Shown piece by piece: positions 21,493 through 31,561 of a DNA stretch of 64,000 bases. Each line of letters starts with the position of its first letter. Position 1 is the first letter of the stretch. This DNA is from an uncultured Methanobrevibacter sp. (GTDB lineage: Archaea > Methanobacteriota > Methanobacteria > Methanobacteriales > Methanobacteriaceae), in the NCBI GenBank assembly GCA_902796575.1, contig CADBPS010000041.1:5926-69925 (forward strand), in the 5' to 3' direction. The notes under the pieces are model-generated. The model worked only from the letters and a program-made list of their open reading frames with translations, was not told the origin of the DNA and did not search any database. Both the position numbers and the translations under genes were made by a program.

Positions 21493-21768
21493 TTAAAATC
21501 CCTTTTCAAGTTTGATTTGAATAATGGAAACATTAGTTTTCTCATTATTATAATTTTCAACCTCTTCAGTTGAGATTTGAATATCTACAACATCAGCATC
21601 TTGAACAAAACTGTTTCTGACAATTTCAGCAGTGTCAACAGCACGACTAATAGCTTTGCCTCTGGCTTTAAGAGTCACACTATCAAATTCATTGAATTGA
21701 GTGACAACAGCAAGAACATAATTCATAACTGGTTTGTTACCTATAAAAATAACATTTTCTTCTTCCAT
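21493..21768 (-). CDS. albA: DNA/RNA-binding protein Alba
   Basis: [31 protein letters not shown]. Confidence 0.95.
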   Translation of the reverse strand: MEEENVIFIGNKPVMNYVLAVVTQFNEFDSVTLKARGKAISRAVDTAEIVRNSFVQDADVVDIQISTEEVENYNNEKTNVSIIQIKLEKGF

Positions 21769-21940
21769 GTTTACACCTATACATTCATTGGAATATTAAT
21801 TTATATAAAATTTTACATTTATTGCCATTAGAATAATTATTACAAAAAATAAGAAAAATCTAAATAAAAATAAGAAAAATAAGCATTAAATTAGATACAA
21901 ATCCAAGTATAATAGCTAATAATAAGGAAATATTTAATTT

Positions 21941-23491
21941 TTAAGATTTTTGAAACAATAATAATTTGTTGATGGAATCCAAAATAGCTAGAATACTGGC
22001 CATTACAATGTCATCATTGATAGCATGACCTGTGGATCTGTTGCCATTGCTGTCGGATGATATAACGAAAACATCTGCCAGTGCATCAGTACCTCCATTG
22101 ATAGCATCAATACTGTATTCTTCAAGTTCAATTTCAATTGTATCCTGGATTAACAGGCGAATTGCATTTAAAGCAGCATCAACAGAACCGACACCGCTGT
22201 TGGAGGTTTTTTTAACAACACCATCAATTTCAAGTTCAACATTAGCTGTCGGTACAATATCATCATCGTAAAATAAATTTAAACCTATTAGTTTGATACG
22301 GGTTTCACGTGCCGAATTTAATTCTGTCCATGCAATAGCTTTTAAATCATCATCAGTAACACATTTACCCCTATCGCCTAAAGCTTTGATTTGACCGAAT
22401 ACCTTATCAAATTGGTTTTGATTCAAATCAATGTGAAATTCTGTAAGTTTAGATTTTAAAGCATTAGCACCCGTGTGTTTACCTAAATAGATTTTTCTTG
22501 AATGTCCAACAAATTCAGGAGAAATAGGTTCATAGGTTGATGAATTGTTTAAAATACCATGAACATGAATTCCTGATTCATGGGAAAAAGCATTATCCCC
22601 AACAATCGGCTTATTGACAGGCATTTTAACACCGGTTAATCTTCCAATAAGATCAGATAAGCTGTACAGCTGGGAAGTATTTATATTCAAATCAATTCCA
22701 TATGCAGCATATAATGCAACAACAACTTCTTCAAGTGATGCATTGCCTGTGCGTTCACCCATACCATTTATTGTAACATGAGCCTGATTAGCACCGCATT
22801 CTATAGCAGTTAATGTGTTGGCAGTGGCAAGACCAAAATCATTATGAAAATGAACGCTGATTGGAGTTTTAAAATGACTTTTAATATCTGTTATTAATTC
22901 CCTTGTGAAAAGAGGTGTTAAAACACCTACAGTATCGGGAACATTTAGAAAATCGGCACCTGCAACAACAACATTTTCATAAACATCATATAGAAAATCC
23001 TTTTCAGTTCTGGTAGCATCTTCAGCTGAAAATTCAACGGCTAAACCATGATCTTTAGCATAATCTATAGATTCCATGGCTTTGTAAATAACAGACTCCT
23101 TTGACATTTTAAGCTTGTAGTCTCTATGGAGTGAAGAAGTACCGATAAACATGTGAATATACTCTAAATCAGCATCAAGAACCGCATCGATATCCTTTTT
23201 ATTACAGCGGCCTAAACCGATAACAGTTGAATTTAAACCCAAACTTTTTATTTTTTTAGCAGATTCCGACTCGCCGGGAGACGAAGCTGGAAATCCAACT
23301 TCTATTTTGTCTACCCCTAAATTATCAAGTTTTGAGGCAATCTGAATCTTCTCATCAACAGTTAATGCAACACCCGGCGTCTGCTCACCATCTCTGAGAG
23401 TCGTGTCAAAAAGGTAAATCTCATCGGCAAGATTTAGCTTTTCATTTTTAAAAAATTCATTTTTTACACTATACATTAAGTAAATCCCCAT
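21941..23491 (-). CDS. leuA: 2-isopropylmalate synthase (LeuA; paralog CimA not fully excluded)
   Basis: DTTLRDGEQTPG, HFHNDFGLA, GERTGNA, HESGIH and a C-terminal regulatory domain; Alba adjacency matches the Methanobacteriales leuA context as I recall it. Confidence 0.8.
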   Translation of the reverse strand: MGIYLMYSVKNEFFKNEKLNLADEIYLFDTTLRDGEQTPGVALTVDEKIQIASKLDNLGVDKIEVGFPASSPGESESAKKIKSLGLNSTVIGLGRCNKKDIDAVLDADLEYIHMFIGTSSLHRDYKLKMSKESVIYKAMESIDYAKDHGLAVEFSAEDATRTEKDFLYDVYENVVVAGADFLNVPDTVGVLTPLFTRELITDIKSHFKTPISVHFHNDFGLATANTLTAIECGANQAHVTINGMGERTGNASLEEVVVALYAAYGIDLNINTSQLYSLSDLIGRLTGVKMPVNKPIVGDNAFSHESGIHVHGILNNSSTYEPISPEFVGHSRKIYLGKHTGANALKSKLTEFHIDLNQNQFDKVFGQIKALGDRGKCVTDDDLKAIAWTELNSARETRIKLIGLNLFYDDDIVPTANVELEIDGVVKKTSNSGVGSVDAALNAIRLLIQDTIEIELEEYSIDAINGGTDALADVFVISSDSNGNRSTGHAINDDIVMASILAILDSINKLLLFQKS

Positions 23492-23592
23492 TCATAGGTA
23501 TAGTTAATAGTTATTGATAATAATTTAAATAAATATGCAAAAATCAGTGAAAATTTTAATGAAAAAAATCAAACAAATGTCTCATTGCAGAG

Positions 23593-23819
23593 AAAAAAAA
23601 TCCCCACACCCAAGTTATAGTGTAGAGGGACTATATAAACAGTAATAACTTCACTATCACTGTTTAAAAATAAAAAATCAAAATTAATGCCTTTATTGTA
23701 GAGAAAAACCCTACACTATCGCAGTAGACATTAAAAACTAATAGACTTGCATCTTTATGGAGGTTTACTTTAAAAGTAACTCTCTCATACAACTCTTATC
23801 ATTAAATGCTATATATAAA
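23593..23819 (-). promoter_or_regulatory. Candidate leucine attenuator leader (TATA box, uORF MRELLLK, alternative helices, U8 tract)
   Basis: TTTATATA at 23819-23812; uORF 23788-23765; 23719-23709 and 23611-23601 are both complementary to 23630-23617; U8 at 23600-23593. Confidence 0.55.
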
Positions 23820-24336
23820 TTTAACTATTTAAAAGTAGGTAACTAAACATTACCTCTCTCCTGGAAAAAGACCTCACGAAAACTCGGTTTTCAAAGCCTA
23901 TCATTGAGTTATTCATATTTAATTACCTATTAAATAGAGGTGAAACTTTGAGCGATTATCTATTGATGTAGCCTTTTTGAAAAATTGTAGCCATAAAAAC
24001 ATAATATATAAATGTTTTGTCAATGATTAACCGGATTAACAGAAATCAGGCCGCTGTGGCAGATACAACTTCAGACAATGTGTAATCAATCGGCGGTATT
24101 TAACAGTTTATGATTCTTCATAGATACTATCAGACTTATATATCATCTAGCCAATCAAATTAAATTGCTATGAAATAATTAAACATTGTAAAGAAATTTG
24201 TTAGAGATATTATTATTTTTTAAATTAGATATGCAAAAATAGTGAATTTTTAGAATAATTAATTCTATCATCTCAAAATGGAAAAAAAACTTAGTCAAAT
24301 AAAAAAAAAATTAATAAAAATTAGTCAAAAGACTAA

Positions 24337-25584
24337 TTATTTTTTAATTTTACGAACAACAACAAAAGCAACAACTACAACAACAATCAAAATAGCTAAT
24401 GCATAGTATAAAAATACTGAAAATGGAGATTCATATTTATCTATATTCAATGAGTATAAATATCCATCGTTGCCCGAAATAAATAAGGAATTACCATTTA
24501 TTACAGGTGAAGATGTTATAGGAGAATTAAATAAAATGGCTCCAGGATTATAATCAAATTCCTTTAAACCTGAATATTTATTCAAAACATATGCATTACC
24601 GTCATTTGAAGTGAAAACAACAAGATTTTCCTTCAGTGCAGGAGTTGACTGTACAGGCTTGGATGTATGGTAGCTCCATTTATTGGTTCCGTCCCTGATA
24701 TCCAGACAGGTTAAATTACCTTCATCAGAACCTATATAAACGTTATTATTGTATTCATCAATTGTCGGCGAACCTCTGACTTTGTCATTCAAGTCAACTT
24801 TCCATGACAGTGACCCATTTGATTCATTGATTGCATAAATGCTGCCGTCATCAGATCCGATAAATACCTTATCATCACCGTATGCTGGAGAAGAGTATAT
24901 TGAATCACCGGTTGTGTACTCCCATTCAACTTCTTCTGAATTAATATCCACAGCATAAATTTTTGAATTGGATGAAGCGATATATAAAGTATCATTAACT
25001 ACAATAGGAGAAGACTGCAGTTTACCGTCCAAATCAACATCAACTTCAACTTCACCTGTGTCATTGTTAAATCCGTATAAATGACCGTCATCACATCCAA
25101 CATAGACAATACCATCATTTAAAAACGGAGTTGAAGAAATTGGACTTGAAGATGAATATTCCCATAACACCTTATGATTATTAATATCAATTGCCTTAAA
25201 AGAATCAGCACTACCTATATATAGTGTATCATTATGAACAATTGGGGAAGAATTAGTATCGGATTTTAAATCCAGCCCCCAGTTTTCACTACCATCTTCC
25301 ATGTCTATTGATTTTAATTGACCGTTACTTGAAGCTAAGTATAGGTATTCATCGGAGACTGCAGGTGATGAAAAAATTGGCGAACCAAAATTAAATGTCC
25401 ATAAATTTGTTACAAAATCCGACTGTTCATCAACGTAAGCCATATGAGTATAATTGCGACCAAAGGAATCCCAATTATTTCCAGCAATAGGACTTATACA
25501 AAACAAAACTACAATAAATATCAAAATAAATTTTTTATACATAAAAAACCACCTATATATCCCTATTGAATCTTTTAACACCAA
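24337..25584 (-). CDS. PQQ-like beta-propeller repeat protein, secreted or membrane-anchored
   Basis: Repeated 'SSP.V..G.VYxGS.DG.LYA...G...W' blades; N-terminal signal and C-terminal TM; real start may be about 25542. Confidence 0.88.
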   Translation of the reverse strand: MVLKDSIGIYRWFFMYKKFILIFIVVLFCISPIAGNNWDSFGRNYTHMAYVDEQSDFVTNLWTFNFGSPIFSSPAVSDEYLYLASSNGQLKSIDMEDGSENWGLDLKSDTNSSPIVHNDTLYIGSADSFKAIDINNHKVLWEYSSSSPISSTPFLNDGIVYVGCDDGHLYGFNNDTGEVEVDVDLDGKLQSSPIVVNDTLYIASSNSKIYAVDINSEEVEWEYTTGDSIYSSPAYGDDKVFIGSDDGSIYAINESNGSLSWKVDLNDKVRGSPTIDEYNNNVYIGSDEGNLTCLDIRDGTNKWSYHTSKPVQSTPALKENLVVFTSNDGNAYVLNKYSGLKEFDYNPGAILFNSPITSSPVINGNSLFISGNDGYLYSLNIDKYESPFSVFLYYALAILIVVVVVAFVVVRKIKK

Positions 25585-26719
25585 TTATAAAGAATAATAA
25601 AGTATAACCTACTAAAATAACTAAGTCCAACCACACATCACCCAATGTTTGACCTTTAAGCATTACAGCCCTCATAGCATCATTCAAATAAGTTAATGGG
25701 AAGAGATAAGCTATTTTCTGAAAAATCCATGGCATTGTTTCAATCGGATAGAATACACCTGAAACAAACATCATCGGCAGTGAAAAAGGCAATACAATTT
25801 GAGCATAGTCTTCCTGTGTCTGGGTTCTTGCAGATAACATAATACCAAAACCGACAAAACATAAAGCTCCAAAGACCAGAACAATAAACGTCTGCAGCAG
25901 CCCCCCCTTAATACTAACATTGAATAATAAAATAGCCATTATAATCAGTATTAAAGCTCTAACAAGTTCTATTAATAATTTTGAAGCTATTTTTCCACCA
26001 ATTACAGTTGAAACTGATGTCGGAGTCATGAATAATCTTGCAAGTTCACCGGTTTCACGTTCTCCTGCAATAGTAGCGCCCATACCCATCATACAGCTCA
26101 TCATAACAGTCATTCCTAAAACAGCAGGAACTAAAAAATCGATATATTTGATATTTCCGTAAATTCTATTGATATGCAACGAAATATCATCTTTAAAATT
26201 ACTTAACTGATGAGATAAAGAAGGAGCAGCAGTGGAATTCTCACTAACAGCAGTAACAGAACCCGCTGCAACCATATTAGACAATTTAGAAAAAATAGCT
26301 TGAGTAGCAGAATCCAAAATCTGAGAAGCCATCTGGTCTGACGAATCCAGATATAGCGTAACGGCCTTCTGACTCGATGAATTCGTATCATCATAATCTT
26401 TCGGCATGATAATAGCTGCCTTGACTTCACCCGAGTCAACCATATTTTCAGCCTTATTCTGATCATCTATCACATCAACAACACGATAAGTGTCAGTTGT
26501 CTTAATTGTATCCAAAGTTAAATCAGTTAAATCACCATGTGACTGACTTACAACCACAATCGGCAAATCTGTCATTTCTCCACCCATTCCATAACCGAAT
26601 AATAAAATCATTATTATTGGAAAAACCAGAATGGAAACCAAACGTGAAGGGTGCCTTTTAAGAGAAATTAATTCCTTTTTAATCATCCACCAAAATTTCT
26701 TAAGCTCTATCATTTTCAT
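25553..26719 (-). CDS. ABC-2 type transporter permease
   Basis: ERETGELARLFMTP, SGVFYPIETMP, PLTY; multi-TM. Confidence 0.9.
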   Translation of the reverse strand: MKMIELKKFWWMIKKELISLKRHPSRLVSILVFPIIMILLFGYGMGGEMTDLPIVVVSQSHGDLTDLTLDTIKTTDTYRVVDVIDDQNKAENMVDSGEVKAAIIMPKDYDDTNSSSQKAVTLYLDSSDQMASQILDSATQAIFSKLSNMVAAGSVTAVSENSTAAPSLSHQLSNFKDDISLHINRIYGNIKYIDFLVPAVLGMTVMMSCMMGMGATIAGERETGELARLFMTPTSVSTVIGGKIASKLLIELVRALILIIMAILLFNVSIKGGLLQTFIVLVFGALCFVGFGIMLSARTQTQEDYAQIVLPFSLPMMFVSGVFYPIETMPWIFQKIAYLFPLTYLNDAMRAVMLKGQTLGDVWLDLVILVGYTLLFFIIGVKRFNRDI

Positions 26720-27743
26720 TCACCTCTGATGTTGATTTAATAAAAACATCTTCCAATGATGGTTCTTCAGTTGAAATTGATTTAATAACACCACCACAAG
26801 ATAAAACAGTACTTAAAACATTAGAAACGGCATTATCATCAAAATAATCAATTCTTAAATTAATACGACCATTTCGAGCTATTTCAATGCTTTTAACAAA
26901 TTCATTATTCTTCAAAGAATTTATTATATTTTCATTATTATCTTCAAGTAAAAAAGACAACTTTCTCAGCGATAAACTTTCAGTATCTTCCATGGTGGAA
27001 GTCTTAACCTCACTCTCAGCAGAAATCTGGTGAAGAGTCTCGGTTATTTCCTCTTTATTAGAATCCAAAAGAGAATCTTTAAGACCTTGAGGAGTATCAT
27101 AAGCCACTAAATTGCCAGTATTGATGATTCCAACATTGTCACACAACATATCAACCTCATGCATATCATGGGAACATAAAATAATCGTACGACCGTCATC
27201 ATTCAGTTCGCGAATCAAATCCCATAATACTCTCTTGGTAGTTGGATCAAGGCCAATGGTAGGCTCATCCAAAAATAAAATTTTAGGCTTGTGAACCAGA
27301 CTGGCAACAAGAGAAGCCTTCTGCTTTTGACCACCAGACAATTGGGAAATTCGTTTGTCTCTAGCATATTTAATATCAACAAGTTCCATTAAATCCTCTA
27401 TTCGAGAATCACGTTCATTAGGATTGATTCCATAATAATCTGCACAAAGCTGAGAATTCTCCATAACAGTTAAATCCTTATACAAACTAACCTGCTGAGG
27501 TACCATGCCCAGAAGCCGTCTGACTTCATCAGGATTATCCCTAACATTATAACCACCAACAATAGCTTCACCGGATGTAGGCTGTATCAGACAAGTAAGC
27601 ATCTTGATAGTAGTTGTTTTACCTGCTCCATTCGGTCCAAGCATTCCAAAAATAGTTTTATCAGGAATTTCAAGATTAAGGGAATTAACTGCAGTGAAAG
27701 TATTATAAACCTTAGTGAGATTATGAGTCTCAATTGCATTCAT
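26700..27743 (-). CDS. ABC transporter ATP-binding protein
   Basis: GPNGAGKTT, LSGGQ, LDEPT, C-terminal EPSLEDVF. Confidence 0.93.
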   Translation of the reverse strand: MNAIETHNLTKVYNTFTAVNSLNLEIPDKTIFGMLGPNGAGKTTTIKMLTCLIQPTSGEAIVGGYNVRDNPDEVRRLLGMVPQQVSLYKDLTVMENSQLCADYYGINPNERDSRIEDLMELVDIKYARDKRISQLSGGQKQKASLVASLVHKPKILFLDEPTIGLDPTTKRVLWDLIRELNDDGRTIILCSHDMHEVDMLCDNVGIINTGNLVAYDTPQGLKDSLLDSNKEEITETLHQISAESEVKTSTMEDTESLSLRKLSFLLEDNNENIINSLKNNEFVKSIEIARNGRINLRIDYFDDNAVSNVLSTVLSCGGVIKSISTEEPSLEDVFIKSTSEVNENDRA

Positions 27744-28143
27744 CTAAATTCACCTGTTTAATTTTTCTACCGGTCATATCTTCAATGAAATCTAACCATT
27801 TCGAATTTTGTAAAACTCCATTCATACCACTCTTGATGTGGGAAAGTACAAATTCACCATCATCTGTTATTGAATAGTATTTGACCCTTTTATTGTTAAC
27901 AATCTGCCATTCGCCAATGATAAGACCTTCCTGTTCCATCCTCCTCAAAATAGGATAGACCTTAGATGATGTTGATTTAAATTCACAAATATCAGAATCA
28001 AAAAACTCATCTAATTCCTTCATAATTCCATATCCATGAATTGATTGCTTAGATATAATCCACAATATGAGATTATGAGTAATGCCGTTAGAAAAATACT
28101 TAAAAATTTTTTTATAAATTTCATCCGATTCTTTCATAAGCAA
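27730..28143 (-). CDS. PadR family transcriptional regulator
   Basis: HGYGIMKEL, VYPILRRME.EGLI, KYYSITDDG. Confidence 0.9.
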   Translation of the reverse strand: MLMKESDEIYKKIFKYFSNGITHNLILWIISKQSIHGYGIMKELDEFFDSDICEFKSTSSKVYPILRRMEQEGLIIGEWQIVNNKRVKYYSITDDGEFVLSHIKSGMNGVLQNSKWLDFIEDMTGRKIKQVNLDECN

Positions 28144-28160
28144 TCACATATATAAAATTC

Positions 28161-28172
28161 TGACATATGTCA
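28161..28172. promoter_or_regulatory. Perfect palindrome TGACATATGTCA, candidate PadR operator
   Basis: 12-bp palindrome in the 63-bp divergent intergenic region upstream of padR. Confidence 0.45.
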
Positions 28173-28206
28173 ACATTTATAATATACGACAAAGCAATAT
28201 ATAAAT

Positions 28207-28932
28207 ATGAAAGTCGGATTCACTACACTGTCAATGTTTATGGACGATAATACTGAAATAATAAAAAAAGCTCACGAACATAACTTTGATATGATAGAAA
28301 TACTGGGAGAATCACCGTTTTTTAAAAAAGAAAACACATTAGCATTTAAAGACTGCGGATTAGAAGTATTAATGCATGCCCCAACTGTAGATATTAACAT
28401 AGCAAGCCTGAATGAAGGAATAAAAAATGAAAGTGTAAAACAAATGAAGGAATGCATTGATTATGGTGAAAAAATCAATGCAAATGCAATAACACTGCAT
28501 GCAGGTAAAATCGGCAGAAATGATCCATTATTAAGAAAGCACGCTTTAGAACTGGCTTGCCAAAGCATATCCGAGCTTGTAGATTATGCAGAAAATGTGA
28601 TAATATCCGTTGAAAACATGCCTGTAAGACAGTCATTTCTTGCCAATACACTTGAAGAACTTGAAATGATAAAAAATGAATGCGAATGTGGAATCACAAT
28701 AGACATAGGCCATGGAAATACCACAGAAAACACTGAAGAATTATTAAACCTGAAAAACATTACTTACTGTCACTTGAATGATAATGACGGAAAAAAAGAC
28801 CAGCACCTCAGTTTAGGTGAAGGAACAGTTGATTTAAACTTGCTTAATAAAATTGAAAAGGGAATTATAGAATTGAATAACTTTGAAAATGTTTTAAAAA
28901 GCAGAGAAATAATTGAAAAAATGATCAAATGA
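28207..28932 (+). CDS. Xylose isomerase-like / AP endonuclease 2 TIM-barrel protein
   Basis: HAP..DINIAS, VENMP, DIGHG, HLNDN..DQHL.LGEG. Confidence 0.85.
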   Translation: MKVGFTTLSMFMDDNTEIIKKAHEHNFDMIEILGESPFFKKENTLAFKDCGLEVLMHAPTVDINIASLNEGIKNESVKQMKECIDYGEKINANAITLHAGKIGRNDPLLRKHALELACQSISELVDYAENVIISVENMPVRQSFLANTLEELEMIKNECECGITIDIGHGNTTENTEELLNLKNITYCHLNDNDGKKDQHLSLGEGTVDLNLLNKIEKGIIELNNFENVLKSREIIEKMIK

Positions 28933-28994
28933 TTGAAACTGCTTTCAGGTAAATTCCCTACTTAATCAGATGAGGTACATAACTCTTGATTTAA

Positions 28995-29795
28995 TTAAAA
29001 ATCAATGTTACACACCTGGGAAATTTCTTCAATTGTAAAATCCGTTTTATTCATTAGTTTCGGCGAGACTTCTTCAACCTGTTCTATTGTTAACACACTG
29101 ACATCTGCCTGTTTAAAAGCAAGTATGTCATTAAGACCATCCCCAACCATCATAACCTTGTATCCATTATTTTGCAGATTTTTAACGATTTTACATTTTC
29201 CACTGGTTGAAACACTTCCATGAGCATTATCTTTTTTAACGTTTAACATGTCAGCCAGTTTATTAATAGCTCCTTTTCTGTCTCCTGACGCTAAAACAAT
29301 TTCATATCCACAGGATTTTAATTTTTCGATGGTATCAGCCACACCGTCAAACAGCTTGCCTGCAGATGTTATTGTATAGGATATGATTCCAACATCCATA
29401 TCCATTATAACAGCAGATCCGTTACATAATTCCATATGTGGAACTTTTTCTTTTAAGATAGGAAATCCGTCGGTTATATCTGATATGACAGCTGACTTTT
29501 CATTTAACAATATTTCCTTAACATCATTTTTTGTAGTTTTAAAATTAGTGAAGCTAATATCAAAATCTATGTTATATTCCCTAATTACATCAGAAATTAA
29601 GGTATTGGGATTTAAAGTCAAAAGTTTATTTGTATCATATTGAAGTACAACCAATGCAAGTGAATCCCTTTGATCAATTAAATCCAGAGAATTGATATCA
29701 GTGAATAATTTACCTGAAATAACATCTTTAATAACCCTGTATCTTTCAATCAGTGTTCCTGAACTGTCAAAAACTATAGCTTTTTTCATATTCAT
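28995..29795 (-). CDS. HAD-family hydrolase (soluble P-type ATPase-like)
   Basis: FDSSGTL, ASGD, MVGDGLND. Confidence 0.85.
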   Translation of the reverse strand: MNMKKAIVFDSSGTLIERYRVIKDVISGKLFTDINSLDLIDQRDSLALVVLQYDTNKLLTLNPNTLISDVIREYNIDFDISFTNFKTTKNDVKEILLNEKSAVISDITDGFPILKEKVPHMELCNGSAVIMDMDVGIISYTITSAGKLFDGVADTIEKLKSCGYEIVLASGDRKGAINKLADMLNVKKDNAHGSVSTSGKCKIVKNLQNNGYKVMMVGDGLNDILAFKQADVSVLTIEQVEEVSPKLMNKTDFTIEEISQVCNIDF

Positions 29796-29798
29796 ATT

Positions 29799-29896
29799 TA
29801 AGTTGTTAATTAAATTTATAAGTTATACTTATAAGTTATAAGTTATAAGATAGTGGAGTCATAAGTTAAAATAAATCACATCAGGGAAATAAGTTA
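29799..29896. repeat. Second TAAGTTA heptad cluster
   Basis: Exact copies at 29819, 29832, 29839, 29862 and 29890, plus near-matches. Confidence 0.7.
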
Positions 29897-29982
29897 TAAT
29901 GATTTTACAGGTTCTAAAAAAAACAATTTATATAAGTATTGAAAAATAGAATATTCTTATTATATTTATTTTAGGTGTTTTA

Positions 29983-31356
29983 ATGAAAGTTATCGAAAAA
30001 GTAAATTCCATAAAGAATGGAGAATTAACAGCTAAAGAGAATGTTGAGAAATTCCTCAAAGTTATTAAAGAAAAAAATGACTCCATTAATGCTTTTATTG
30101 AATTAAATGAAGAAAATGCATTAAAACAGGCTGAAGCTATAGATGCAAAAATAGCTAATGGAGAAGAAGTTGGAAAACTGGCAGGTTTAGTATTTGGTAT
30201 AAAAGCAAATATTAATGTGGAAGATATAATTATTTCAGCAGCCTCAAAAACTCTAGAAAATTATTATGGAAGTTATAATGCAACAGTGGTAGATAAAGTA
30301 CTGGCAGAAGATGGAATAATAATAGGTATTACAAATATGGATGAATTTGCAGCAGGCAGTTCAACCGAAACATCATATTATGGTCCAACACAGAATCCGA
30401 AAGCATTAGGAAGAATTCCAGGAGGTTCATCCGGTGGAAGTGCAGCAGCGGTTGCAGGTGAAATGTGTGATATTGCCCTCGGTTCAGATACAGGAGGTTC
30501 TATCAGAAATCCTGCTTCACATTGTGGTGTTATTGGATTTAAACCAACATACGGTGCAGTTTCAAGACAGGGATTGCTTGACCTGTCAATGAGTTTAGAC
30601 CAAATCGGTCCGTTTTCAGAAGATATGAGTGGTATTGCACTTGCATTAAATACTATCGTTGACTATGATGAAACTGAATGTACAACATTGGACTGGGACA
30701 AACCTGATTTCACAGCAAATCTTGAAGAAAAATCCCTTGAAGGTATGAAAATAGCTGTATGTAAAGATTTTATTGATGCAACAGATGATGAAATAAATAA
30801 AACTGTTAATAAAGCTATTAATAAATTGGTTGATGCCGGTGCTGAGCTTGTTGAAGTATCCTTTAATCATATCGACTTATGTTTACCTACATACTACCTA
30901 ATCAATTACGTTGAATTTTTCTCAGCAACAAGAAAATATGACGGAAGGGATTACGGTTACAGAATAGAAGATGTCTGCGGTGAAGAAGTTTTAAGAAGAA
31001 TTAAAATCGGTTCACATATTGCGCAGGCAGAGTTCAGTGGTAAGTACTATCAAAAAGCACTTCAGGCAAGGTCACTTATTCGCAGTGAAATTGACAAAAT
31101 GCTTGAAAATGTCGATTTGATTGTAGGACCTACTGTTCCTAAACTTCCGCACGAAATAGGTGAAAAACTGGATCCGATGGAAATGTATGCATATGATGTA
31201 TTAACCGTTATCGCAAATCTTGCAGGTATTCCGGCAGGAAGCATTCCGGCAGGTAAAGTTAATGATATTCCAGTTGGACTTCAGATACAGGCAAAACCTT
31301 TAGATGATGATAAAATCATAAAAGCTATGAGCGTATTTGAAAATATTAGTGAATAA
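29983..31356 (+). CDS. gatA: Asp-tRNA(Asn)/Glu-tRNA(Gln) amidotransferase subunit A
   Basis: Amidase signature GGSSGGSAAAVA, GSDTGGSIR, EVLRRI, YYQKA. Confidence 0.95.
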   Translation: MKVIEKVNSIKNGELTAKENVEKFLKVIKEKNDSINAFIELNEENALKQAEAIDAKIANGEEVGKLAGLVFGIKANINVEDIIISAASKTLENYYGSYNATVVDKVLAEDGIIIGITNMDEFAAGSSTETSYYGPTQNPKALGRIPGGSSGGSAAAVAGEMCDIALGSDTGGSIRNPASHCGVIGFKPTYGAVSRQGLLDLSMSLDQIGPFSEDMSGIALALNTIVDYDETECTTLDWDKPDFTANLEEKSLEGMKIAVCKDFIDATDDEINKTVNKAINKLVDAGAELVEVSFNHIDLCLPTYYLINYVEFFSATRKYDGRDYGYRIEDVCGEEVLRRIKIGSHIAQAEFSGKYYQKALQARSLIRSEIDKMLENVDLIVGPTVPKLPHEIGEKLDPMEMYAYDVLTVIANLAGIPAGSIPAGKVNDIPVGLQIQAKPLDDDKIIKAMSVFENISE

Positions 31357-31561
31357 AAAACTAGACAGTAGTATATGAATTTCTACAATAGAAAATCATA
31401 TATTATTTTTATATTTAAGAATTGTCAAAGAAACCATCTTCATTTATACATGGTAAGGATTAGAATCTTCAATAGATTTTACGGTGATAGCAAAATTCTA
31501 TGAATAAAAAATTTTACACTTGAAATACATGTCTAAAACAAAAATGGAAATGAGGTAAACT

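Noticed and set aside
23712-23752. Other small uORFs in the leuA leader (MQVY, MSTAIV)
   Set aside because: No SD or TSS support and no Leu run; kept only as possible parts of the leader
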